DNA from: Anaerolineales bacterium
Lineage (GTDB): Bacteria; Chloroflexota; Anaerolineae; Anaerolineales; UBA11579
Assembly: GCA_026129255.1 (NCBI GenBank)
Contig: JAHCIJ010000002.1
Location: forward strand, 125,799-189,798
Length of the DNA: 64,000 nt
Reading direction: 5' to 3'
Shown here piece after piece: positions 44,431 through 54,135 of this stretch; positions within the stretch are counted from its first letter, which is position 1; every line of letters begins with the position of its first letter. The notes below the pieces were generated by a model, which was not told the origin of the DNA, did not search any database, and saw only the letters and a list, made by a program, of their open reading frames with translations. Position numbers and translations under genes: made by a program.

Positions 44431-46599
44431 CTACACGAAGCGCTCGCGGATCTCGGAGCTCACATAGTCCAGCGCGGCCACGGTGATGGCGATCAGCCAT
44501 ACGGCAATGCCCACCGCCTCATACTGATACAAGCGGATCCACTGCAGCAGGATGAAACCGATACCACCGCCGCCCACAAAACCCAGCAGGGTCGACATAC
44601 GCACGTTGATGTCCCAGCGATACACCGTGAACGAGATCACCGGCGGCAGGATCTGCGGCACCACCGCGTAAACGATGGTCTGCAAGCGATTGGCGCCTAC
44701 GGCGTCCAGCGCTTCCAGTGGGCCAGGGTCAATGCTCTCGATGGCTTCGGAGTACAGCTTGGCCAGCGAGGCGATGGTGTGCAAGGTCAGCGCCAGCGTA
44801 CCGGCGAAGGGGCCGAGGCCCACCCAGATGGCGGCGATGATGGCATAGATCAGCGCTTCCACTGAGCGCACCACATTGAAGATCGTGCGCACCACGCCGT
44901 ACAGCATCAGGCCCACCGGTACCCGGCGGGTGTGGCGTTTGCCGTACAGATACCAGAACACCAGCACGGCCACAAGCACAGCGCCCAGTGCTCCGTACCA
45001 CTCTTCATTGATGGCGGCCACTTCTGCCCCCAGCACAATGCTGCGGATGCCACGGCTGAAGCCCAGGCCCAGAATGTAGCCAGGGTAGGCGGCCAGCAAC
45101 GCCAGCACGCCAGACGAGACCCAGTAGCCGCCGTCTTTGCCCAGGCGGGTCAGAGCGGCTTCGCTCAGGCGCCCGCCCAACTGCAGGCCAGCGATGCCCA
45201 GGCCGAGCACGGCCAACATTCCGATGAGGAAGACCTGCACCGGGGCAGCCTCGAGGCCGCCCAGTGAGGCAGAGGCAAAGTCGGTTACCTGGATGCCCAG
45301 CCAACCGCCCGCCAGCACACCCAGCACGTTGCCAAGGATGCGCTCCGGGGTACCCATGATGGGCGACATCAGGTTCTTGGCGGCCAGGAAGGACAGCGGG
45401 AAGGCGGCCACGATGCCGAAGAAGGTCGCCATCAGACCGATCATGATGGTTTCCAGCAGGCCGATCAGCGCCAGGTTCATTTCATTGCTCAGACGGTTGC
45501 CAAATACGCGCACACTCTCCTGGCGCACGATCAGCGAGTGGATCTGGTCACCGGAAGCCGTTTCAGGGGAGACGACCGCATCAGGGATGTTGAGCGTGGT
45601 GGTGAAGCCGCCATTTTCATCAATGATCAGCGTGGTCTCACCCATGCCGCGCGGGGTGAAGGGATTGCCGATGGGGTTGGCCCAGCGGATCAGCACCTCT
45701 TGCCCCGGTACAAAGTTGCCGGCTGTGATGGTTAGCTCCGTCCCCAAGATCAAGCCGCCCGTAGTGGGGCGCACACTGAGGTCGCCACAGGTAGGCGTGG
45801 CGCTGACCCAGGGATCATTTGCCAGCACCGGGTTGGAACCCGGGCCGGTGGCGCCGTCCGGGCAGGGCGCTTGGATCTTTTGCACGACTTCGAACACTTC
45901 CTGGTCGTAGGCAAAGGCGGCGCGCCACGGCCACAGGATGCGTGGCAGCAAAATGCCCACATCCTGGTACTCGCGGATCGCCTTGGGCAGGTTCACGCCC
46001 GTTAGGTTGTAGCCTAGGGCGAACACCAGCAAACAGGCGATGACGATGGCGCCGCCCATGGAAGGCGTGCGCTTGCCGGTTAGATGCTCGCCGCCGATGC
46101 GTGCGGCATCGCCCACCTGCCAGAGCCATAATGCCGCCAGCGCCGCGCCGGAATACAAACCGGTCATGCCGTGGATGTGGCTCAAGCTTTCAGCGGAGAG
46201 CACGGTTGCCAGAATATCGTCGCCTACGAACATCACCAGCACAAAGAACAGCAAGACGACGCCATACAGGCTAAAGGTTTCTGCCAGCGGGTCTTTGAGC
46301 ACAAAGCGTGTCAACAGATGGCGCAGGGCTAGCAGGAACACCAGCAGCGCCGCGCACGCCAATACAATGCGCAGGTAATCACCGGTTACGACGGCGTATT
46401 CGGGAAAGCGCGCCCGCTGGGCGATGGTCCACATGCTCAACCCGAACAAGGTCAGCACCGTCACCAGCAGGGTCAGGCCACGCGTACGTGCCCCGGCCAC
46501 AAATTGACCCAGGCCGGGCACGATGAGCGACAGCAACCCGTGCAGCGCGCTGCGGCGGGGAGCTTCTACGACGGGAGGGGCGATCTTGCTATCGGCCAT
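44431..46599 (-). CDS. phnE: phosphonate ABC transporter permease PhnE, unusually long (722 aa) with extra N-terminal TM block and a periplasmic domain
   Basis: The C-terminal ~270 aa are canonical PhnE (EAIESIDPGPLEAL.A.GA...Q.I.Y.V.PQ..P). About 450 upstream aa hold additional TM helices and a ~150-aa Cys-containing soluble segment. Confidence 0.85.
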   Translation of the reverse strand: MADSKIAPPVVEAPRRSALHGLLSLIVPGLGQFVAGARTRGLTLLVTVLTLFGLSMWTIAQRARFPEYAVVTGDYLRIVLACAALLVFLLALRHLLTRFVLKDPLAETFSLYGVVLLFFVLVMFVGDDILATVLSAESLSHIHGMTGLYSGAALAALWLWQVGDAARIGGEHLTGKRTPSMGGAIVIACLLVFALGYNLTGVNLPKAIREYQDVGILLPRILWPWRAAFAYDQEVFEVVQKIQAPCPDGATGPGSNPVLANDPWVSATPTCGDLSVRPTTGGLILGTELTITAGNFVPGQEVLIRWANPIGNPFTPRGMGETTLIIDENGGFTTTLNIPDAVVSPETASGDQIHSLIVRQESVRVFGNRLSNEMNLALIGLLETIMIGLMATFFGIVAAFPLSFLAAKNLMSPIMGTPERILGNVLGVLAGGWLGIQVTDFASASLGGLEAAPVQVFLIGMLAVLGLGIAGLQLGGRLSEAALTRLGKDGGYWVSSGVLALLAAYPGYILGLGFSRGIRSIVLGAEVAAINEEWYGALGAVLVAVLVFWYLYGKRHTRRVPVGLMLYGVVRTIFNVVRSVEALIYAIIAAIWVGLGPFAGTLALTLHTIASLAKLYSEAIESIDPGPLEALDAVGANRLQTIVYAVVPQILPPVISFTVYRWDINVRMSTLLGFVGGGGIGFILLQWIRLYQYEAVGIAVWLIAITVAALDYVSSEIRERFV

Positions 46600-47366
46600 T
46601 ACGCACCTCCCATACGGATGGCATCTTCGCCATAAATTTCTCTGAAGCGTTCATCACTCATCTTGGCGATGTCTTCCTTGCTGCCTTCGAACACGATCCT
46701 TCCGTTGCGCAGGCCGATGACGCGTTCGCAATAGCGTTGCACCAGGTCAAGGTAGTGCAGGCTGCACAGCACGGTGATGTTGTCTTCAGTGTTGAGTTTT
46801 TCAAGATAGCCGAGGATGGAATGCGCCAGCACAGGATCCAGGCTGGCTACTGGCTCGTCGGCCAGGATCATCTTGGGGTCCTGCATCAGCGCACGCGCAA
46901 TGCCCACGCGCTGCTGCTGGCCGCCACTCAGCTCGTCGGCGCGGTTGTGCGCCTTGTCCGGGATACCCACGCGCTGCAGCGCTTGGAAAGCCAGCTCGCG
47001 ATCCTGACGGCTAAAACGGTTGGCCAAGGCCCAACTGGGCGGGGTGTAGCCCAGGCGGCCGGAGAGCACATTGGTGAGTACACTGGAACGCTTGACGAGA
47101 TTGAACTGTTGGAACACCATACCGATCTCTCGGCGGACGGTGCGTAGCTCGCCCTGGGGCAGGTGGGTAATGTCCTTGTCATTCCATAGGATGCGCCCTT
47201 CGGTTGGCTCCAAGAGTCGGTTGATGCAGCGCAGCAAGGTGGATTTGCCAGATCCGCTCAGCCCAATAACGCCCAGGAATTCGCCTTCTTTGACTTCAAA
47301 GCTCACATCCTTAAGCGCTACGGTACCGTCGGGGTAGACCATGGTAAGGTGTTCGACTGTAAGCAT
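46599..47366 (-). CDS. phnC: phosphonate ABC transporter ATP-binding protein
   Basis: Start moved to ATG 47366 (MLTVEHL). Walker [10 protein letters not shown], signature LSGGQQQRV, and Walker B ILADEP. Confidence 0.92.
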   Translation of the reverse strand: MLTVEHLTMVYPDGTVALKDVSFEVKEGEFLGVIGLSGSGKSTLLRCINRLLEPTEGRILWNDKDITHLPQGELRTVRREIGMVFQQFNLVKRSSVLTNVLSGRLGYTPPSWALANRFSRQDRELAFQALQRVGIPDKAHNRADELSGGQQQRVGIARALMQDPKMILADEPVASLDPVLAHSILGYLEKLNTEDNITVLCSLHYLDLVQRYCERVIGLRNGRIVFEGSKEDIAKMSDERFREIYGEDAIRMGGA

Positions 47367-47406
47367 AAGCGTAATTGTAAAAGAAAATCCTCTGGTTAAT
47401 AAGCAC

Positions 47407-47458
47407 AAAAAAAACGGGAAGGTGAGCGCCGATTTGGCGTACCTTCCCGTTTTTTGTT
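47407..47458 (-). terminator. intra-operon intrinsic terminator between phnD and phnC
   Basis: ACGGGAAGGT-[17 nt]-ACCTTCCCGT flanked by A and T runs. Confidence 0.7.
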
Positions 47459-47478
47459 TACTTAGCCGTGCTTAGACC

Positions 47479-48465
47479 TTAGCAGTCTTCGCTGATGCGG
47501 CCTTGGTCGCTGATGCACATACCCGCGGCCTCAAGCTGCTGGCGGAAACCGTCGTAGAAGCTGTCTACGGTGGTGTCCAAGCCGCTCCAGCTGTACAGCT
47601 GGTTGAGCTGGGCCAGGCCCTCGTCACTCTTGTTCAGCTCGAGCAGGGCGGCGGTGATGGCGTCCCTAACTTCAGCCGGCATGTCGGCGGCGAAGCTGAT
47701 CGTGTCGTTGGGGATCGGAGCGCTCTCGGTGAGCACGGTGACCACTTCGTTCACGTCAGGGTAAGCCTCAGCCACATTGGTGCGGGCATCGGTGAAGCTG
47801 GAGCCAGCATCGCAGTCGCCGTTGTACACGCTGATGATCACACCATCGTGACCGCCGGCGTCGACGATCGTCATGTCCACTTCGGGGTCAATACCCTCAG
47901 CCTTGATGGCGATGGAGGGCAGTACCCAACCGGAGGTGGAGGTGGGGTCAGGGCGGCAGAAGGTGGTGCCGACCAGGTCAGCCAGGCTGCTGATGCCGGT
48001 CTCGGGGCGGGTCACGATCTGGCCGGTGTAGAAGGTGCTGCCAAAGCGCATGGAAACCAGGCCAACTTCAGCGCAACCACGTTGCTTGGCTACGATGTAG
48101 TTGAAGGTGTTCAGCGCGCCCATCTGGGCCTCGCCGCTACACATGGCTTCTACAGCCGCGGTGAAGTCGGTGGAGATCACAGGAGTGATCACGTAACCGG
48201 TGGCTGCCTCAACGGCCGCCGCGATGCCGCCCGCGCCGCTCAACACGGCGTCAGTGTCCTGCGAAGGAACCAGCACCCAAACGATGGGGTTCTCCTCGGT
48301 GCCGTACAGATAGGGTTCTGCAGTCGGCTCAGGGGCGGTGGTGGGGGCAGGCGCCTGAGTGGGGGCCGCAGGGGCCTCGGTCGGCGCAGCAGCGCCGCCG
48401 CATGCAGCCAACAGCAGCGACAAAACTACTGCCAAGGCTAGCACGGGAAAGAAACGAATCTTCAT
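47479..48465 (-). CDS. phnD: phosphonate ABC transporter substrate-binding lipoprotein
   Basis: Start moved to ATG 48465 with AAGGAGAAG upstream. Lipobox LLAAC, then a Pro/Ala/Thr linker and the PhnD fold (F.YIVAKQRG...TSTSG). Confidence 0.88.
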   Translation of the reverse strand: MKIRFFPVLALAVVLSLLLAACGGAAAPTEAPAAPTQAPAPTTAPEPTAEPYLYGTEENPIVWVLVPSQDTDAVLSGAGGIAAAVEAATGYVITPVISTDFTAAVEAMCSGEAQMGALNTFNYIVAKQRGCAEVGLVSMRFGSTFYTGQIVTRPETGISSLADLVGTTFCRPDPTSTSGWVLPSIAIKAEGIDPEVDMTIVDAGGHDGVIISVYNGDCDAGSSFTDARTNVAEAYPDVNEVVTVLTESAPIPNDTISFAADMPAEVRDAITAALLELNKSDEGLAQLNQLYSWSGLDTTVDSFYDGFRQQLEAAGMCISDQGRISEDC

Positions 48466-48611
48466 AGCTCTTCTCCTTGTGGGTTTACAGCTCGATGGCT
48501 GCGTTTGACGAATGATAACATCCCTATATGGGTAAACCTTAAAATTTCCCCCATACATGGCGTGTTGGACGCATTACTAATCTGTTAAGCCTGGCAGTAA
48601 AATCAGCGGGT

Positions 48612-49928
48612 ATGGCAACCCCCACGTTGCAACGCTATCTGCAAAGCCTGCCCGACCTGGCGCAGCGCAACCAGCACGGCCTGCAGGCCGCGGAGTTCAC
48701 GCTGCACCGCCTGCAGGCGCTGCTGGCCGCCGTAGGCGACCCGCAGCAAGCGTATCCCAGCCTGCATGTGGCCGGCACCAACGGCAAGGGCTCCGTGTGT
48801 GCCCTGTGTGCTGCGGCCCTGCAGGCGGAGGGCTACCGCGTGGGCCTGTTCACCTCGCCGCACATTCAGGGAGCGCTGCACGGCATTCGTGTGGACGGCC
48901 AACCCGCCAGCGCCGCCGAGTTGCAGGCCGCCTTTGATATGCTCTACCCGCACCTGGCTCAGCAGGAGGGCTGGACCCATTTTGAGATCGTAGTGGCGGT
49001 GATGTTTACCCATTTTGCGCGCGCCGCGGTGCAGGTAGCGGTTATTGAAGTGGGCTTGGGCGGCTTGCTGGATGCTACCAACGTGCTACTGCCCGCCGTT
49101 AGCGTCATTACCCCGATAGACTTTGACCACACTACGATTCTTGGCGATGAACTGGCCCAGATCGCCGTCCACAAGGCAGGCATCATCAAGCCCGGCGTGC
49201 CCGTGGTCAGCGCGCCGCAGCCGCCTGAGGCCGCGGCTGTCATCGCCCCCCAGGCCGCCGCGCAGCATGCCGCGCTCAGCGAAGTGGCCGCCGATTGGCA
49301 GGTGGAGTTGGTCTCGGCAGGTTGGCACGGCCAGCAGTTGCGCCTGCGCCGTCACGACGGTGAATGGCAGGAGTTGCAGCTGGCCCTGCTGGGCAAGTAT
49401 CAACTCACCAATGCGGCCACGGCTTACGCCGCCCTGCACGAGTTGAGCAAGACTGGTTTCAGCATCAGCCCCGCATCCATCCGCGCTGGGTTTGCCGCGG
49501 CGCGCTGGCCGGGCCGCTTCGAGCGGCTGCCGGGGGAGCCGCTCACCATTCTGGATGGCGCCCACAGCCCCGCCGCGGCGCAGGCGCTACGCGAAGCACT
49601 GGACGAATATGCCCCGCAGCAGCCGGTGCTGCTGGTGCTGGGCATCTCGGCCGACAAAGACCTGCACGCCGTGCTGGCTCCGCTGGCGCCGCTCGTGCAG
49701 GCGGTGTATGCCACCCAGTCCGCCCAGCCGCGCGCCATGCCCGCTGCCGCCCTGGCGCAGCAGGTGCAAACCTTCGGCTTGCCCGCACACGCCGTCGAGC
49801 CGCCCGTGGCGGCCTTGCAGGCTGCACGCGCCGCCTGCCCGCCCGGCGGGCTGGTGCTGGTGGCCGGCTCGGTGTTCTTGGTGGATGAAGTGCGTGGGTA
49901 TATAGGACTCGAACCTTCAACCAATTGA
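48612..49928 (+). CDS. folC: bifunctional folylpolyglutamate synthase / dihydrofolate synthase
   Basis: P-loop HVAGTNGKGS, IEVGLGG..DATN, and the Mur ligase C-terminal domain. Confidence 0.9.
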   Translation: MATPTLQRYLQSLPDLAQRNQHGLQAAEFTLHRLQALLAAVGDPQQAYPSLHVAGTNGKGSVCALCAAALQAEGYRVGLFTSPHIQGALHGIRVDGQPASAAELQAAFDMLYPHLAQQEGWTHFEIVVAVMFTHFARAAVQVAVIEVGLGGLLDATNVLLPAVSVITPIDFDHTTILGDELAQIAVHKAGIIKPGVPVVSAPQPPEAAAVIAPQAAAQHAALSEVAADWQVELVSAGWHGQQLRLRRHDGEWQELQLALLGKYQLTNAATAYAALHELSKTGFSISPASIRAGFAAARWPGRFERLPGEPLTILDGAHSPAAAQALREALDEYAPQQPVLLVLGISADKDLHAVLAPLAPLVQAVYATQSAQPRAMPAAALAQQVQTFGLPAHAVEPPVAALQAARAACPPGGLVLVAGSVFLVDEVRGYIGLEPSTN

Positions 49929-49950
49929 TGTAGGTTCGAGTCCTCATTTT
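49904..49950 (+). terminator. folC terminator: 13-bp perfect hairpin whose arms resemble a tRNA T-arm
   Basis: AGGACTCGAACCT-[15 nt]-AGGTTCGAGTCCT, then CATTTT. The left arm and loop encode the last folC codons and the stop. Confidence 0.6.
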
Positions 49951-49974
49951 AGGACCCACCCATATAACCTCATC

Positions 49975-50001
49975 GTGCATCCCGAGCGTAGCGAGGGATC
50001 C
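49975..50001 (+). repeat. hairpin repeat, ATCCC/GGGAT subfamily (minimal copy)
   Basis: GTGC-ATCCC-GAGCG-ta-GCGA-GGGAT-CC. Confidence 0.7.
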
Positions 50002-50050
50002 TTACTGTGGCATAAATAACTCAACTCAACGTAGAAGACCTGCCAGCAAA

Positions 50051-50113
50051 GGATTCTTCCCTGGTCTGGGCTCGGCGATTCGGGTGTGCATGTACAAACC
50101 CGGTCAGAATGAC
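50051..50113 (-). repeat. hairpin repeat, ATTCT/AGAAT subfamily, inverted
   Basis: GGATTCTTCC-[42 nt]-GGTCAGAATGAC. Confidence 0.65.
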
Positions 50114-50199
50114 ATGCGCTCGTAAAAGCGTGACCTCCTGTGCCCGTGGGTTAGGCTTGTCTCACTACAACTCCAAGAATTCAATGTGATAATTATTCG

Positions 50200-51069
50200 A
50201 TGAAGCCAATACACGCAGTGCTGTGTGCCCTCACCTCGCTGGCCCTGGCGGCCTGCAATCTGCCGGCCACGCCCGTACAGCCCACGGCCACCAGCATCAC
50301 CTTGCCCCCAGCCACCCAAACCGCCGCGCCCACGCCGCCGGCGGCCGAGCCTACCCCCAGCGGCGAAGTGGCTCTCGAAGCCATCCTCATCGGCAGCCCC
50401 GGTTTCGGTTCGACCCTGACCTCGCCCGTCACGGTAAGCGGGCAATCTCGCCCCACCTTTGAGCAGACCTTGGTGATCGCCATCTATGATGAAGCGGGTA
50501 ACCAGATTGCGTTGACGCCCACCACAATTGCTGCAGACATGGGCAACCCCGGACCCTTCTCTGCCGAACTTAGCTTCACCGTACCCTACGAGCAGCCCGG
50601 CCGTGTGGCGGTGATGGAACACAGCGCTATGGACGGTGGCTTGGTACACCTCACCAGTGTGGAAGTTACGCTACTGCCCTCCGGCAGCGCAGTAGTGCTG
50701 CCGCAACCTGTAGCTGGCGAGAATATTGATATTCAATTCCCGCTGCCCAACAGTACGATCAGCGGCGGTAGCCTCAGCGTAAGCGGATACTCGCAGTATT
50801 ACTTTGAAGCCAATCTGGGCCTGATGTTGTGCGGCGCAGGCGACGGCAGCGGCGAGCCGCATGCCATTTGCGGTGAGAGCAGTAATGTGCTCGCTGCCAG
50901 CTATGCCACTATCGCTTCACCAGACATCGGCCAACCCGGCCCTTTTAGTGGCGCACTCACTTGGTCGGTGAGTGCCGCCACGCCGGGGCGCATCGTGCTG
51001 TATGCTGAGTCCATGCGTGATGGCGGCTTACTCCATCTGAACAGTATCCCTGTGTTGATCCAACCTTGA
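50200..51069 (+). CDS. lipoprotein with two Gmad2-like immunoglobulin-fold domains
   Basis: Lipobox LALAAC. The block GS.L.SP..VSG......E..L......D..G........ is duplicated, and each copy ends ...DGGL.HL.S..V. Confidence 0.75.
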   Translation: MKPIHAVLCALTSLALAACNLPATPVQPTATSITLPPATQTAAPTPPAAEPTPSGEVALEAILIGSPGFGSTLTSPVTVSGQSRPTFEQTLVIAIYDEAGNQIALTPTTIAADMGNPGPFSAELSFTVPYEQPGRVAVMEHSAMDGGLVHLTSVEVTLLPSGSAVVLPQPVAGENIDIQFPLPNSTISGGSLSVSGYSQYYFEANLGLMLCGAGDGSGEPHAICGESSNVLAASYATIASPDIGQPGPFSGALTWSVSAATPGRIVLYAESMRDGGLLHLNSIPVLIQP

Positions 51070-51872
51070 GCGGCCCGAAGCCTGTCGCCATTGTCACAGG
51101 CGCCTCGTCCGGAATTGGTGAGGCCACGGCGCGCCTGTTGGCCGCCGATGGCTACCGCGTCGTGCTGGCCGCCCGCCGCCTGGAGCGCCTGGAGGCGCTC
51201 CAGCAGGCGATCGCCGCCGCGGGCGGCGAGGCGCTTGCGGTGCGCACGGATGTAGGCCACCCGGCGGACGTGCAGGCGCTGGTGGAGCGCACGCTGGCAG
51301 CCTATGGCCAGGTGGATGTGCTCTTCAATAATGCCGGTTTTGGCCGCACCAAATGGTTGGATGAGTTGGACCCTGAGAAAGACATCCTGCCCCAGATCCA
51401 GGTCAACCTCAGCGGTACGATCCTGACCACGCGCGCCGTGCTGCCCCACATGATCGCCCGCCGCCGCGGCCATATCATCAACATGAGCTCGCTGGGTGGC
51501 CTGATGGCCACGCCCACCTATAGCGTGTACGCCGCCACCAAATATGGCTTGCGCGGTTTCAGCGACGCGCTGCGCCGTGAAGTGGGCGTGTTCGGCATTA
51601 AGGTCTCGGTGGTGTACCCGGGCGGCGTCTCCGGTGACTTTGCCAGCCACACCGGTATGCAGCGCAAATCGCAGCTCAGCACGCCCCGCGCGCTGGTGCT
51701 TACCCCACAGCAAGTGGCGCAGGCCGTGCGCGGCCTGGTGCGCCGCCCGCGGCGCAGCCTGGTGCTGCCGTGGGTCTATCGTCTCGTTGTGTTGTTCTCA
51801 GAGCTCTTCCCCAGTCTGAATGACTGGGTGCAGGAGCAGATTTTTACCCGCCCAGAGCGCGGGATGAAATAG
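51066..51872 (+). CDS. SDR family oxidoreductase
   Basis: TGASSGIG, NNAG, and the catalytic YAATKYG. ATGA-type overlap with the upstream gene. Confidence 0.9.
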   Translation: MSGPKPVAIVTGASSGIGEATARLLAADGYRVVLAARRLERLEALQQAIAAAGGEALAVRTDVGHPADVQALVERTLAAYGQVDVLFNNAGFGRTKWLDELDPEKDILPQIQVNLSGTILTTRAVLPHMIARRRGHIINMSSLGGLMATPTYSVYAATKYGLRGFSDALRREVGVFGIKVSVVYPGGVSGDFASHTGMQRKSQLSTPRALVLTPQQVAQAVRGLVRRPRRSLVLPWVYRLVVLFSELFPSLNDWVQEQIFTRPERGMK

Positions 51873-51920
51873 GGGCATAACCGTATAATCCCTTAAATCC
51901 ATCGGCACCAGAGGAGTGAT

Positions 51921-53828
51921 ATGAAGCCATCTTTTGGCGACCGCCTGCGTTACCGCTTTGATAACCTGATGTCTCTCGGCACACCGGCGCTCATCGGTGT
52001 GCTTTTTGTGGTTTCCCTCCTAGTGGTGCTGCTGGCCGCCGCCATCCTCTCCATCGCTGGCTTCGTACCCGAGGGCGACCTCGAGCCGCTGAGCTTCGCC
52101 GAGGCCGCCTGGCAGAGCCTGATGCGTACGCTCGATTCAGGCACCATGGGCGGCGACACCGGGGCGGGCTACCGCGCCGTGATGCTGGCGGTGACCCTGG
52201 GCGGCGTGTTCATTGTCAGCGCCCTGATCGGCGTGCTCAACAATGGCATTGAGCGCCGCATCGAGGAGATGCGCAAGGGCCGCTCACGCGTGCTGGAATA
52301 CGGGCACACCCTGATCCTGGGCTGGTCTCCGCAGATCTTCACCATCCTCAACGAGCTGATCATTGCCAACCAGAATCAGAAGCACGCCTGCATTGTGGTG
52401 CTGGCTGACCGTGACAAAGTGGAGATGGAAGACGAGCTGCGCGAGCGCGTGGCCCTGCGCGGCAGCAATACGCGCATCATCTGCCGCACCGGCAGCCCCA
52501 GCGACCCGGCTGACATCAACATTGCCAATCCGCAGACCAGCAAATCCATAATCATCCTCCCGCCGGATACGGCTGACCCGGATGCCGAAGTCATCAAGTC
52601 GGTACTGGCCATCACCAATGCTGCCAACCGCCGCGAGGAGCCCTATTCGATCAGCACGCAGGTGCGCAATGCCCGCAACCTGAATTTGCTCAACCTGGTC
52701 AGCGCCCAGGACAAGCTGCAAGTGGTGCTGATCGGCGATCTGATCTCGCGCCTCGTGGCGCAGGCCAATCACCAATCTGGCCTCTCGGTGGTCTACACCG
52801 AGCTGATGAACTTTGATGGCGACGAGATCTACTTCAAAGAAGAGCCACAGTTGGTGGGCAAGACCTACGGCGAAGCCGTGCTGGCCTATGAGGACTCTGC
52901 CGTGATGGGCCTGCGCAAAATGGATGGCGCCATTTTGCTGAACCCGCCCATGGACGCGCTCATTGAGCCAGGCGACCACATCTTTGCACTCTCGTCTGAC
53001 GATGACACCATCCACCTGACGAATGCAGAGATGATCGACATTCAGGATGAGCTCATTCTTAACGATGTGCAGGCGGCGCCTGCTGAGCCGGTGCGCACGC
53101 TGATTCTGGGCTGGAACCAAAATGGCTTCACCATCATGCGCGAGCTGGATCACTACGTCACACGTGGCTCCGAGCTGCGCGTAGTGGCCGACATCAGCGA
53201 AGCGGCTGCCGAGGGCATCCGCACGCAGGCCACCGCCCTGCAAAACCTGCAGCTGGTGGTAATGCAAGGCGACGCTACTGACCGTGGCCTGCTGGATGCC
53301 CTGCGCGTGGATGACTACAATCACGTCATCGTGCTGGCCTACATTGAGCGCGGCGTGCAGCAAGCAGATGCCCTGACGCTGGTCACTCTGTTGCACCTGC
53401 GAGACATCTTCCATCACGATCAGACGCCCTTCTCCATCGTGAGCGAGATGCTCGACCTGCGCAACCGTGAGCTGGCCCAGGTAGCCCGCGTGGATGACTT
53501 CATCGTCAGCGAGCAGCTCATCAGCCTGATGATGGCGCAGTTTGCCGAGAACGCAGACCTGTACGCCGTCTTTGAGGACATTTTTGACCCGCAGGGCTCC
53601 GAGATCTACCTCAAACCCGTAGAGTTATATGTGGAAAAGGGGCGCCCGGTGAACTTCTATACGGTGGCCGAAGCCGCCCGCCGCCGCGGCGAAACCGCCA
53701 TCGGCTACCGCATCCAGGCCGACGCCAACCACCCAGAGGAAGCGTACGGCGTGCACACCAACCCGCCCAAGTCTGAGTCGATCATCTTCGGCGACGGCGA
53801 TAAGGTCATTGTGCTGGCGGAGAATTAG
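51921..53828 (+). CDS. CASTOR/POLLUX-related putative ion channel with tandem RCK/TrkA-N-like domains
   Basis: Two to three N-terminal TM segments with a pore-like segment TMGGDTG. Two HTLILGW / TLILGWN RCK-type domains. Confidence 0.8.
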   Translation: MKPSFGDRLRYRFDNLMSLGTPALIGVLFVVSLLVVLLAAAILSIAGFVPEGDLEPLSFAEAAWQSLMRTLDSGTMGGDTGAGYRAVMLAVTLGGVFIVSALIGVLNNGIERRIEEMRKGRSRVLEYGHTLILGWSPQIFTILNELIIANQNQKHACIVVLADRDKVEMEDELRERVALRGSNTRIICRTGSPSDPADINIANPQTSKSIIILPPDTADPDAEVIKSVLAITNAANRREEPYSISTQVRNARNLNLLNLVSAQDKLQVVLIGDLISRLVAQANHQSGLSVVYTELMNFDGDEIYFKEEPQLVGKTYGEAVLAYEDSAVMGLRKMDGAILLNPPMDALIEPGDHIFALSSDDDTIHLTNAEMIDIQDELILNDVQAAPAEPVRTLILGWNQNGFTIMRELDHYVTRGSELRVVADISEAAAEGIRTQATALQNLQLVVMQGDATDRGLLDALRVDDYNHVIVLAYIERGVQQADALTLVTLLHLRDIFHHDQTPFSIVSEMLDLRNRELAQVARVDDFIVSEQLISLMMAQFAENADLYAVFEDIFDPQGSEIYLKPVELYVEKGRPVNFYTVAEAARRRGETAIGYRIQADANHPEEAYGVHTNPPKSESIIFGDGDKVIVLAEN

Positions 53829-53884
53829 CTTTAACTCGGCAGGCTTGTTATACCTCTCGCGCTGCATAGAAGAGGTGCCTGCAT

Positions 53885-53946
53885 GGATTCCTCACTGATA
53901 CAGCCTCGGTAGGCAGGTGTAGGCTTAATCACCCGTTCGGAATGAC
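53885..53946 (-). repeat. hairpin repeat, ATTCC/GGAAT subfamily, inverted
   Basis: GGATTCCTCAC-[37 nt]-CCGTTCGGAATGAC. Confidence 0.75.
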
Positions 53947-53999
53947 ATGTGGGCAGTAGGCACATGCGGTGCTTCCACCGCATGTGCCTTTCCCTAGCC

Positions 54000-54047
54000 G
54001 TCATTGTGAGGAGTGCTGCACGAAGTGCAGCCGACGAAGCAATCTCC
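54000..54047 (+). repeat. hairpin repeat, ATTGC/GCAAT subfamily
   Basis: GTCATTGTGAGGAG-[TGCTGCAC-gaa-GTGCAGC]-CGACGAAGCAATCTCC. Same inner hairpin as the copies at 33922 and 34217. Confidence 0.85.
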
Positions 54048-54081
54048 AGGATTGTTTGCTGTATCTGCATAAACTGCTCAA

Positions 54082-54117
54082 CAAAAAACGCCCGCGCAGA
54101 TCGCGGGCGTCTAAAAC
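54082..54117 (-). terminator. intrinsic terminator of the coaD-coiled-coil operon
   Basis: Minus strand reads GACGCCCGCGA-tc-TGCGCGGGCGT, then TTTTTTG. Confidence 0.8.
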
Positions 54118-54135
54118 CTTCAGCCTAAACAAAAC

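Noticed and set aside
49875-49965. Possible tRNA gene or pseudogene (GGTTCGAGTCC T-loop motif on both strands)
   Set aside because: The T-stems pair at only 3-4 of 5 positions. No acceptor-stem complement, D-arm or anticodon arm could be built on either strand. The sequence is better explained as the folC terminator hairpin.
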